From a bacterium (lineage in GTDB: Bacteria > UBA8248): a DNA stretch of 64,000 nucleotides. The stretch is from the NCBI GenBank assembly GCA_965213685.1, contig CBDBZY010000064.1, positions 352,001-416,000 of the forward strand. Direction: 5' to 3'. The notes below the pieces were generated by a model. It searched no databases. It was not told where the DNA came from and was given only the letters and a program-made list of their open reading frames with translations. Positions within the stretch are counted from its first letter, which is position 1. Every line of letters begins with the position of its first letter. Both the position numbers and the translations under genes were made by a program. This document shows, in pieces, positions 15,640 to 27,695 of the stretch.

Positions 15640-16660
15640 CTGTAAGCTACGTATGTGATAGATCTACTGGTCACTTACCAAAGGCTGTAGCAGTCCATGC
15701 TGGCAATACCTCGAATTTTCCACCTCCAAGTTCGTCATGCTGAATTCCACTCCCAGGTGAAAGCAGCTATGGCTGAAAAAGACACCAGCAAAAACGACAT
15801 TCAAGGCACCACACGAACAAACAACAATCACTGACCCCTTCTCAAAGGTTCAAGCTTACCCCCATGGATAAAAGAATTGGTGGAGTGTGACGCACTCTAT
15901 TGCAAAGGATATGATGTCATTTCATACAGTGGAAAGGGAGGGCTTAAAGATACCAGCACTACCAGCCCTACCAGAGAAACTGTCATAACTGAAGTCAGTA
16001 AGGCTCAGTTCTTCTCGGATACAACTGATATGTGGTCCAGCAACACCATGAACTCTCACATAAGTTACACAGCTTACTGATGACTGGAAACTGATTAGCT
16101 ACTGTCCGGAGACCTTCTTTCTTCCTCAGGACCACACAGGCGAGAACATCACAGAATTTCTGGACTCTATCCTTAAGTCCTGGAATCTCAGAACAGATCA
16201 CCAAGTGTGCATCACCACAGACAATGGAACAAAACATCATCACTGTGACATCCAAACTTGGATGGACACAACTCTCCTGCTTTGGTCATAACTTGAATCT
16301 AGCTGTGACAAATGCTACCAAAGATCATTTGAGAATCTCAAGAGCTGTTGGTGTGTGCAAGAAAATAGTCACATCATTCTTGCACAGTTGGGGAAAAAAA
16401 GCATGAGCTAACACTGGCCCAAATTAAGAAAGGGCTTCCAGAATACTCATTAATCACGGATTGCCCTGCCCGATGGGATTCACAGCTGAAGGTGGTTGCT
16501 TGTTGAATCCTTGAACAAGATATGCTGCCATTCGTCAGGTGCTAAGTGAGGACAGGTAACTTCACACCTGATTCCTGCCTGGCAGGATACAATGGTGCTA
16601 AAGTCCATTAGTTCTGCCCTCACTCCTCTCCATGACTTCACTGATGTCAGAGGAGGACAT
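15640..16660 (+). pseudogene. hAT (ZBED1-like) transposase relic, N-terminal/central part
   Basis: TTDMWSS, DHTGENI, TTDNG.NI, LSCFGHNLNLAV, HSW, DCPARW motifs in broken frames. Confidence 0.8.
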
Positions 16661-16671
16661 GCACTAGTTAT

Positions 16672-16790
16672 ACCATGGCAGTCTGGGCTGTGTGGGTCTG
16701 ACATACACTGAGGGCAGGAAGTAATTAGAGCCTGAGGGCTGTAATTACTTCCTACATGAGGTGATCCCATACAGCCTGGACTACCATGGT
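16672..16790. repeat. ~120-bp imperfect palindrome at the left edge of the insertion that splits the hAT relic
   Basis: accatgg-cagtctgggctgtgtggg...aggaagtaatta / taattacttcct...cccatacagcctggact-accatggt. Confidence 0.7.
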
Positions 16791-17439
16791 TTGAAAAGTC
16801 TCAAACCGCTGTTTTTGCCTCCTGCTGCCTGTGCTACTTGTCCTTTGCTACATGCATGAGCCACACACATAGCACTGCTAATTGGTGATTGTGTAAACTG
16901 TCAAAGCCACAGGGTATAGGTATATTGCCCTCACCACAGGGTACAGCTGATTTCCTACCGTTGCAACACAGCTCTTATTCAAGGCTAAACCACATGCACA
17001 TGCATACATGGCTTCTGTGTTTACTTAGCCTGCCCACCACCCTAGCAGTACTGCTAAAGAAACACGTGTGATGTGCTTGGCAGACTTTCACTGTGCCAGT
17101 CTGTGAGTGAGGACTTAGCAAGCTAAGGCAGACTCAGTGGGATCTGGATGGCTCACTATAACCATTTCTACGCCACTGGAGACACTAACGCCTGTCAATT
17201 GAGCATCAGCCATGTTCATCGTTGGTCAGCCCTGATGTTGGAGCAAATATGGTAATGTGATGGGATACACATGGGTTAGACATCAACTTTGTTTAGGAAT
17301 GGTGTATGTATCCTTGCAGAGCAGTAAATGTGGGGCTCTAAATAGAGTTCTTCCTTTGTATGTATCTGTATAGGGATTTGATTGCCGGTATGTCATTATT
17401 TACAGGATCCACACCTCAGTCCACATCCACAACCCTCCC

Positions 17440-18165
17440 CATCTCCCCACTACCAATATTTAGTACACATTATTAACCCTGAACAGAAAAGTAAGCATGT
17501 CAATAGAATATGGCACGGCATTCATACCCAATTTAAACATGCAAATGAAATAAAAAAGAAACTCATTGAAGATTTTGAAGATAAACTTCTTGAGCTTGCT
17601 GAGTTTGAATGTGGTTATATGCGTAATACCTCAAAAAGATGGATTGAAAATGATCAAGACCTGGAAGCTATGTATAAGGCATTTAACAGTGGTGATGAGA
17701 TTACAATTTGGTGTGAAGGAAAGAAAGATACTACAAGAAACAGTTGCAAAAGAAAAGCAGAAGAACCTGACATAACACCATCTACCAAGCAAACTGATGC
17801 AATTGATGAACTGGCCCACGAACTATATGAAAAACACACAGTCCTATAGTATGCCCCAGTTGCGTCTCTGGGCCCGGATGGTGCTAAACAAGCAATATAA
17901 AAGTATGGATATAGCTCCCCCATATCGGTCACCAAAGCGTGACAGTCTAACTGATGCACTTACCTCAGCTGCAACTGCTGTAGTGAATTTGCTAAACGGG
18001 CGTGACTCACCTGTCTCAACTGCTAGAAGTATGTCACCTGGGAAATGGCTCGTGTTTCAGGCCAGTATTTGGAGCACCTGGAGAGGCTCAAGGGCCTCCA
18101 CCAGTCTGGAGTTCTATCTCTTACAGAGTTTGAGGAGCAGAAAATGCTTATACTGGAAAACCTAA
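17440..18165 (+). pseudogene. Transposon-associated accessory ORF with C-terminal SHOCT-like motif (frameshifted)
   Basis: YLVHIINPEQK...ECGYM...KRWIENDQDLEAMY...ITIWCEG; frameshift to YSMPQLRLWARM; second shift gives QYLEHLERLKGLHQSGVLSLTEFEEQK (SHOCT-like). Confidence 0.6.
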
Positions 18166-18181
18166 TGATTAGAATACAGCA

Positions 18182-19210
18182 TCATGTATAACTGAGACAA
18201 ACAACTGCTACATTTATATATATGACATAGTACATGTGTTGTTGTTCATATTTATCCACAGTCCCATAACAGCCATCTGCCGTGATGCTTGCAAATGCTG
18301 ACAGTATCAGTTCTTCCATTTCTGACTCATGCAGTATCCCGACAAGAGGATCACAACTCCTCAAATAACTCTTAACATTTGAAAAGCATTCTTCAATTGG
18401 CATGTAGTCAGGAGACTAGGGTGGGAGAAACACGGCAAGAGCTCCTGTTTCTTCTATCAGTTCTGTGGCTGGGTGTGCATGATGAATTGCAGCATTGTCA
18501 AGAATGACAACACTTCTGGGGTTGGTACCATTGAATGGTAGCAACTGAGGCTGTAGATAGCGTTTGATGAAGTCACAAAATGTGTCACCATTGATACTCC
18601 CTGTGGTAATTTGCACATCAATAATCCCATCTATACACATTGCTGCAATAGCCGAGTATCTCTGTCCCCTAATCAGTGGCTTTTCTGATAGTGCACGCAT
18701 TCCTTTAAAAGAATATCCAAATTTACGAAGTGTGCTACGTTTGTCTGAGCCAGTTTCATCGACAAAGATGAACATGTGTGGCTCAAACAGTGAAATATCA
18801 GACAAAAATTGCCTTCTAAGGTCCTCTGTTGAGCTGTAAGTCTTAATTTTTTTCGGGAAAATCCCTGATGGTATAAGAATTTGCAGATGGTTGCTGTGCT
18901 TAGTTCCTGTTAACTGTAGAAGAGAGGTCTGTATCTCATGGAGATGCATAGATGGGCAGTCTAAGATCATCTGAAGTATAGCCATTTCATCAGAAGAACT
19001 CAATTTTTTGTTGGTATTTTCATGACAGCCTTGAACACTACACACTGTGCCTGTTTCTTCAAAAAGTTTTACAGTTCTGTACACATGCAGTAGAAGGATC
19101 TACATTTAGGTTCCCACTGATCTCCCTGTATGACAGCCCCAGCATGCATCGTTGATGGACCATTCTCCACCGCAACTCACTGGAGTAAGCTTTGGAGTCG
19201 ATGGAGAACA
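18182..19210 (-). pseudogene. IS630/Tc1-like DDE transposase (HTH + DDE_3), disrupted
   Basis: AYSSELRWRMV...ISGNLNVDPST (HTH), FIFVDETG, VILDNAAIHH, FLPP*SPDYMPIEECFS. Frameshifts and a stop. Confidence 0.88.
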
Positions 19211-19409
19211 TAGTAGCTATACTCAGATCAAATTTCAAAACAAGCTCATACACTCGCAAGTCTGAACTAATTACATCACTGCATAAACAGAAGCCTTCCA
19301 TGTACAGTAGTACTTCAAGTGTGGTTTAGCATTCTGTTTGCAAAGGTACAGAAATACACTGTATGAATGCGATATAGTGCCCTGGTGGCGCCTTTGAATG
19401 TAAACAGGC

Positions 19410-20490
19410 CACAAGTGTCTGTTTCATTGACAAAACCACTCACACGACATACTCCTCACTGGGGAAGAGGGTACGTGAATCGGGATCTGACAAAAGACAT
19501 CAAGTGAAATGTCTTTCATTACCTTGAAGAGAAGTACAACAGTCCAGATACTGCTAAGCTTCTGGATGTTTGTATTTTCCTGGATCCTTGCTTCAGAGTA
19601 GACCATCATCTGGAGGGTCACTGCGCTAATGTTAACAGTAGAAGCAATGCTTATTGCTGAGAAGAGGGGTAGCATATCCACCACCGCTCAGCAGCAGCTA
19701 ACAGCTGAAGACAGCATGCCACAAGGGCCACCATCTAAAAGAGATTGTTTGCAGATACTCTAAAGAAGCCCAGAATCAGCAAGGGCGTAGGAGCTGCAGC
19801 GGCCGGGGCAACCATGGCCGCTGCACTTTTTGCTGCTTATTGAATATTCATGACCACTTTTGGCGGCGTGGGCCTGGCCACGAGTCTGCGAACAGCATAT
19901 AGTAAACTAAACTATGACGTTATCGACGCTCAGGCTAATATCCGCGACCATCATCCTTACCAACCGAGTGAATTCAAGTTCCCCAAAAGAGAATTCGATT
20001 GGAAAATGAAAGTAAAGCGGTCTTTCCACACAGGTTCCACGGCGTGGTTAAAGCAATTGAGTTGGCTGAAACAGGCTCAAAAACCACCTCAGAAGAGCTG
20101 AAATATAAAATTTTTCTGGGGGGGGGGGGGGGGGCACCCCAGACCCCCCCCTAGTAAGTGCGTGCTTAGCACGCACAATCATATTTCTGTATGTCGCTAT
20201 TGGCCTCTCCACTTTTTACTTGCTTCCTATGGGCCTGATCAGTAAATCTGAATGACCATATCAGGTGGTTGAAAGAGAGGAAGACAGATACTTGCAGTCT
20301 CCCCAGCCTGAAACAGACACTAAGCCCTTAGAATGAAAGTTCACAGTGAACACTATCCTCATTTAGCTATTCTCGCAACCAGTTTAATGTCGGAGAGGGT
20401 TCTAGTTTAGCTGGCTACGTTGTGTCTGACAGGAGGCCTTGCCTAAAACCACACAGGGTTAACATGTAGTCTTTTTAGGTAAGAACTCTG
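19410..20490 (+). pseudogene. hAT transposase relic, C-terminal part including the hATC dimerisation motif
   Basis: LTKDIK...YLEEKY...LLDVCIFLDPCFR at ~19485-19600; SER...LAGYVVSDRRPCLKPHRVNM at ~20390-20470. Continues the relic at 15640-16660. Confidence 0.75.
19783..20237 (+). mobile_element. Non-autonomous hAT-type element nested in the hAT relic
   Basis: Termini gggcgtaggagc...gcttcctatgggcctg; 8-bp TSD atcagcaa/atcagtaa; internal HPYQPSEFKFPKREF...KRSF resembles the N-terminus of ZMYM/TTF-type hAT transposases. Confidence 0.7.
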
Positions 20491-22186
20491 AAGTACATAT
20501 TTTGTTATGGTATGCTTTTCATGAAACACTGTTGTGTTGTATTTCTTGTTAGTTCAAAGATGCAGTGTAAATATATCGTGATGTCTAGCTCATATTATTG
20601 GAGTATTTACTTATGTCGTCATAGGCCTATACCACCCAGCACTAAAGTCTGGAAGTAGCAGCAATACCCTTCACCGATAACACATAGTTGTGCACTGCTA
20701 GAGGAACAAGACGTAGCTCATTGACCACAACCACAAAGAGCCCTTTTGACACTGTTGGTGGGTATCAAAATTAAACTTTAAGACAAAATTCATTGCCATC
20801 TCTACATGTCCATTATGTTGCAGGCACTCACTATGTACAAACAGTGTCTCTATAAGCTAATTGGCCACACTACCACTAATCACCTGTTGGCTGACTTCTG
20901 CTTGCCCCCAGTGTTCAACATTCCACTAGTATTGGATCCTGGCTTTGATGAGGGTGTCACCTCGGCTTAACTAGGTACCTACACCATCCAAAACAAGACT
21001 GAATGCTGAGCACAAACATGAAAGCTAACCACCTACCAGTAGGGGGGGGGGGGGGAGTGGACACTATTATGCTGTGACAAGCACTAATGAATAAGCATTG
21101 CTATTCCAGGCACAGCAAAGATAAGCTAGGGAGAGATAACAGAGATGCACTAAGGAGACAGTAATCCTATTAGGGGTGAAGTGTCAAAAGTACCTTTTTT
21201 ACCTCATGTGTAATCCAGACCTTGAGAGCAATGAGTTAGTTAAGGCTAATTGGTTCTCCAGTGTCTATACAACAGTGTGTACAAACAAACACCAGGTCAG
21301 AAAGTGGTCCCCCTATGGCTCATGCAAGCACCCCACGAAAGCAGAAGGAAGTAGTGGATGCAGTGAACGAGCGGCAGTCACTCTGTCCCGCTTCTAGCTC
21401 GACAATCATTAGAGTGAGTCTGCGACAACTCCCTACTTTCCCAGACATGGAACTGGATACCTGAATATATTCAGTCCTTCATTCACTTGTAACTAAAGCC
21501 CCTGACCTCAAAGTTCCTTGGACTTCCAGTATGCCCAAACGGGTACATTCATAGGCTCAGGACGCTCCTACGCAAACGATGTACCGTACCACTGTAGAAA
21601 CAGCTAATCAGGGTTTGCATTAAAGCTCCAGAATACACACACTGAAACGCACGCTTGTTTGGCAACCCGGCCCACCCTGCAACACGTGACGGCCCTACAG
21701 CTATCACTCACTGCCACCCAACCATCACCTTTTGAAAGCAGGAGGGATATCCAGGAGGAGAAATCGACTGGGCGACTCGTGCAGTTGCAGATCACACACA
21801 CGGCTGGAGCCCTGACCCTGATAGACCTTGACCACTATTAATTGCACAAAGGGGCGCCCGCTATAGCGCCAGCGGGTTAGTAAAAAATCCTTATCGCATA
21901 GCTTAGTCTCCGCCTACCGTAAGCTATAAGCTTACGTCACTGGGGTACCCGCCGCCCAATAGGCTTGTGCACATCATTCCATGAATTCTGCCTATTATTC
22001 TATTCCAGTATTCCCACTTCTTCTACAGATTATTCCCCATATTTCACCTCAGTATTATTCCCATGAATTTTACGTATTATTCTTATACGACGAAAGATCT
22101 AGAAGAGCATATGCAAGTGGGTGAAGTAGGGAGAGTGCAAAGGTAGAGAATTCTAGGCACTTCCTTGACTCCACTACGTTCTTCAC

Positions 22187-23826
22187 TTGCAAAAAGGAGT
22201 AGCAGGGCTTAATAGAGTGAGGAGTGAGGATAAAGACCTACTTTGCAGTGAGGAGGAGGTGGAATTTCTTCTTTCATCTGTTGACCCCAACAAAGCCACT
22301 GGCCCTGATGGCATATCAGCTAGAATGCTGAAGTCAACTGCTGCTAGTATTGCACCTGCAGTTATGGCAATCTTCAATTTGTCTCTGATTCAAGGCCAGT
22401 TGCCTATGGAGTGGAAAGTGGCTCAAGTCATACCAATACCCAAGTCTGAACAACTATCTAATCCTACTAACTACAGACCAATTTCCTTGCTCTCCATTCT
22501 GAGTAAATTGTTAGAAAGGTATGTGCAAACCCACCTCCTCAACCATTTTTGCTTCTCAAAAGAAAAATCCACTACTGGTGCTCTCTTACCTGCAACGCAT
22601 ATGGCTCTTGAAGCTGGAGAGGATGTTTGTTGTGTATTTTTGGACTTGACAAAGGCTTTTGATAAGGTTCCGCATTTACCTCTCTTACAAACACTTGCTG
22701 AACGTGGAATTAATGCACACCTATTGAATTGGTTATATGACTACTTAAGCCAGAGGTCCCAGTTTGTAGTTGCAAATGGTGAGAGGTCAAAGTGCTCAAA
22801 TGTCATTTCTGGAGTACCTCAAGGATCTGTGCTTGGTCCTCTTCTCTTCATCATCTACTTGGATGGCATAACAAAACGTCCACTTCATGATGGATCTTGC
22901 TTATTGTTATATGCTGATGACATCCTACTGTATCACTGGACACAACATCATGAGGACTATCTACTTCTGCAACAGGATATTGCTACTCTGGAATTATGGC
23001 TGCAGCAAAAATACTTGCAGTTGAATGTTACCAAATGTAAGTACATGGTTTTGACAAGGAAACGCCATCCCATCGATCCCTCACATCCCTTAGCAATCCA
23101 AGGAGCTCCTATTGAGAGAGTTTTTGAGTTTAAATACTTAGGAGTATACTTGACTCACAACTTATCTTGGAAATCTCATATACTACAGATATCTAAGAAG
23201 GCTAGGAAGCAGGCAGAAATTATTTACAGAACCTTCTATAAGTATTCAAATCCTGACTGCCTGAAGCAATTGTATCTGTCATTAATTTTGTGAGACCTCA
23301 TCTTGAATATGCTGCACCTGTGTGGGATCCCTACTGTTCCTCTCATGTTGATATTCTAGAGAAAGTCCAAAAGTTTGCTCTTCGTATTTCCTACAAGGCT
23401 TGGAAGGAACAGTACACATCTCTTCTTGAGAGATCTGGACTGCAGCCTCTGGCTATACAAAGGAAACTTTTGAAACTCTGCTACCTATATCATCTCATAC
23501 AGGATGATGTCACTTTTTCTGAGGCTCCAATTATTCCTAGGAACCTTGATCCCCGGCTCAGAAACTTCTACCCACAACTTCTTTGCCAGCCATATTGTAC
23601 ATCCACCTCATACATGTTCTCATTTTTTCCGCATGTTATTGCATTATGGAACGCTTTACCTTCTGCATTGCATTGTGTTGATACATTTTCTGAGTTTAAA
23701 TGTAATGTTTTGTCCTTCCTGCAGGCTGATTGTGTTGTGTTGGTGTAATATGGGTGCATTGTTTATTAGCAACATGTTACTAATGTATCCTTGCGTGTAT
23801 GTGCAAACTTTTCATAGAAAAAAAAT
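22187..23826 (+). mobile_element. 5'-truncated LINE (CR1/L2-group) RT, nearly intact, with short A tail
   Basis: KATGPDGI, NYRPISLL, FLDLTKAFDKV, SGVPQGSVLGP, YADD, KYLGV; one frameshift to RPHLEYAAPVW...SFFPHVIALWNALP; A-run at ~23818. Confidence 0.93.
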
Positions 23827-26800
23827 GATATAAATGTACGTGTACACACACATTGTAAGAACTGACTTAATAATTGACTGCTAGTTACACAACCTTGGGC
23901 CTTAAAATTCATCTGGCATTACTACTCAAGCGTATACTGGTTTCCTGCCCAAAACCTTCCGATCATTCCCGCATAATTCTCGCTGATAAACTGTACCTAT
24001 TATTCTCAGAATCATGCAGGCATAATGTGCACAAGTCTACCGCCCAAGCTCTTGTTGTGAACACTTTAAAAAGTCATGATGGACTGCACTGCATTCACGC
24101 CGGTTTATTGTGTACCCGATGCTCGAGAAATCCGTGCACGAGAAAAATACGGTTTTTTGTTATGCCAGTGACGCAAGGGAGTTTGGCGCGCGCCGCTACA
24201 AGTGACTTGTATGTAAGCCCCGCCTGCTGTGAATTAGTAGTATCGTAGTAATCTCTAATCAGCCTGCAACAACTTGAAGCGAGCTGCAACTTGAGAGGCA
24301 GTAAAAAGAAGGTGAGTGTGTGCGTGTGTGTGTGTGTGTGTGCATCTTCTGTCAGCATATAGCGACTGATTGTGCGTATAACTGCGTGCCAGGCCTCCAA
24401 ACACCAGCAGTGATTATTTTGCGCTTACGTCAGTGTCACTGTGTAAGTGGGCTCTGCGGGCGCGTGGGTATGCTTTAATGGCCTCGCGCTGCTTACCTAT
24501 ACGCTTACGATCTATTTGTCTAACATGTTCATGCACTGGAGGCGTGTTGCCAGTGGGTAACATGACCACTGTCTGCTCAGATTACCAGCCGTTGTAGGCG
24601 AACCTGCGCAGTAAGAATCTCATTATGATTCACCACAAATCCACGACCAGTTGTCGTTCTGACCTTGCATTGATCAGTGATGGTGACGAGGTGGCCACGT
24701 TTTCGGCAAACGCTGTTTGAAGCGGAAGAGCACCTGTGATAAACAGTGGTGTATGGGGCACTCCCAGGTTTACATATACAGGAGGTGTTTGCAACTGGAT
24801 GCAAAGTTGTGAATCCCATTCATCTGGTTACCAAACAACGAGGCCTGGTGAGGTTAAAAGCCTCTGCTTGGGTTGGGATGACAGGAGAGCACCAGATATA
24901 GAGATGTGAGATGAAACCAGTAGCATACTCTTGTGACAGTTTTGCCTGTGAATCTGCATGGCAGCATCTCATGCATGATTTATGTATATGCCACACAAGC
25001 TCAATGCCATGCCGTAATCAATCTCCTGGAATGCACATGATTTCTTGCGGTTACTCACTACCTCCTGTGTGCATGTATGTAGTCTAAAAGAAGGGTCAGT
25101 ATACCTACACATGCAATGCACCCTCCTTTGCCTCATGCCAGGCTTGCTGTAACTACAGCTGGTGCTCAGAACTATGCAAACAGGCCATATGTTAGCACAT
25201 GATGTCTCACTACTCTGTCTTCTGTTGTGGCAGATATCAGAGATCAGTGAAGCAGTGGCTGATGCAGTACATACCTCTGAGGTAAATGGATAGTCTTGTT
25301 GACAAACATATTGCTTGCTTAGTAATATAATGAGAGGAACGTATGATTGGGTTCGTGGGTAGTCATCAGGTTCAGTAGCCCTGTTGCCAAAGTGTGGAGC
25401 CACCTGCACAGTCCTAATCCTTCAGGAAACACCGCTGGTTGTTTCTCTGGTCCCTTGTACTGTATCCAAGCATTACATACATGTTTGTGTGTGGAGTGTT
25501 GAGATGAAATTAATGATTGTGTATTCTAGGAACAAGTTCATGTATTCATTAGCAATACATGCAGAGAGCCATACGTTTTGAGCCAACATTTGTTGTACCT
25601 GTGTCAATATTGTGAGCATACATTTGCCCTCATTGTGACTATGTTCTGTGTGTGTACCCTTTATCCCTTGGGAAATCATTAACTATTCTGACCACTTACT
25701 CAGTAATCCCTCAAGTGGAGCAAGGAATTCACTGAACCTTTGATAAAATCTCTAATGAGTATATATTCAGTAAACATGATAAATAGATGCTACAGAGAAT
25801 TAGGAACGCACACATTATTCGGGAAACTCTTTGGAAATAATAGGCCCTTCTATGTTAAAAATAGGTCCCACATTAACGAACATGCCTCCTTTACCACGTC
25901 ACCACACGGTCCCTCATTTGTAATGGCCAACCTTAACAACTGCAAAGACTCTAGGGAGGGCAGCAGTGGAAGCTCAGCTTGTATGCTCCTCGCTGATGCC
26001 ACAGGAGTCGTCAGGGCCTAACGCCTTCAGTGACAAAGATCACCGTGCTGCTGTTTTTGATTGTTTTCCAGAGCTTTTTATACGCTTTTAATTGAAAATA
26101 ATAGGTTGATGTCGAGAGGATAATGGGCAACAATCATGGGAGTTTAGGAATGGAATTTTGGGCCATTTGAAGAGCATAATGTGCGTGTCCCTACAGAGAA
26201 TTGTACTCTCTGTATGAGGATGGAAACATATTGTACTTTGTGTTACATCAGAGATGTCCTTGTAGACCAGCATACATATTATGTGCACATGTACATAGTT
26301 TTCTCCCAATTGTTGGCATGGAAATACTGTGTGCTCCTCTGTTTTTGCATTGATCCTATCACTTCACCATTGCTGGGGGGGGGGTTAATAAATGTTTGTG
26401 GTATACTTGTAACAGTGCCTTAACAAGACCACGCTTGCAGTTCTGTACACTACCAGTACATTGCTGAAAGTGAAAGACAGAAGTTCCATTGCAGCCTACC
26501 ACCATGCCACTTCTATGGTACTTTCATGGATGGCTCTGCAGAAAAGGAGAGAGTGAAGATAGTCAGCCTCTCTCAAGTGTCTGTACATGCAATAGCTTGC
26601 ACACGAGTGTGACAGTTGCCAGCTAGAGCCTTCATCTGCACCCTTTCTTTCCCCTGCTTTTGGCTATCTCCAGGACCAGTGTCCATTACCCAAACACTGT
26701 AGTATGCTATCTAGTTTCATCAGGCTTGGCCTGCAGTGTTGTGCTTGTCTATTGTGCGTTTATTTTCACTATCCCTGTGATAGGTCTTCCGATTCTGTTT

Positions 26801-27422
26801 CAAGGTGGTGGAGTCGTTGTGTAGGACGCACCCACCATATGATGCAAGCACAGATCAGAAATGTGCAACTGTGCAACTGTGCACTGCTTTGTATGTGAGT
26901 GTACTAGACTTTGTAGAAAGAGGTCTGCAAGACCTGGCACTCACTCCTAGGGTCTCATGGCAGTGTGTACGCATCATTGTTCCTCTCTGAGGGTGGCTCA
27001 AGTTACAGCCTCACCTGGATAATGAATTTCAAAACCTGCATGTGGGAGGGGTCTAGTCTGAGTGTACTGTACTTTGGCTGTCATAAACATGGTAGACATG
27101 TGGCATGAGTGACTGCACTAACAAAGAGCAGCTTGTTGAACAGCTATTACTCTATTCATGTATGTACATAATCATGTGTGAATGCACCTTGACAAACCTG
27201 TTAGTGTGAGTGATTCAGAAGTACTCAGGCTGTGGTATGGTGGCCATGCATCACAACTGACTGCACAAACAGAGGGCACTCTGACAGCTTGTTGAACAGC
27301 TATCACTCTGTGCATATGTAGAAGGTGGGTACTCTGGGTTTCATATCTACATTCATAGCACTCCTGCATGTGCTGGGGACTGCTCTCCTGCAGGTGCTGG
27401 GGACTGCTGGGTGCTGTTCCCT

Positions 27423-27695
27423 GACCTCTGTAGCACTATAAAGAATGATAGTAGTACACAACTCTTCTTCACTAAACTGTTTTGAAATGAGGTTGTAAAC
27501 AACTCTTTTATCAATGGTTGCTGACAACTACAGAGTTGGTGTGTGTGTCTCACTGGTGGCAGTTGGGACTAGACCTCTGTAGCATTATATGAATGATAGT
27601 AGTACACAACGTTTGTTCACTGAACTGTTTTGAAATGAGGTTTGTAAACAACTCTTGGTCGCTGACAACTACAGAGTTGGTGTGTGTCTCATTGG
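27423..27695. repeat. ~150-bp direct tandem duplication
   Basis: gacctctgtagca...aatgatagtagtacacaac...aactgttttgaaatgagg...gctgacaactacagagttggtgtgtgt occurs twice (from ~27423 and ~27572). Confidence 0.8.
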
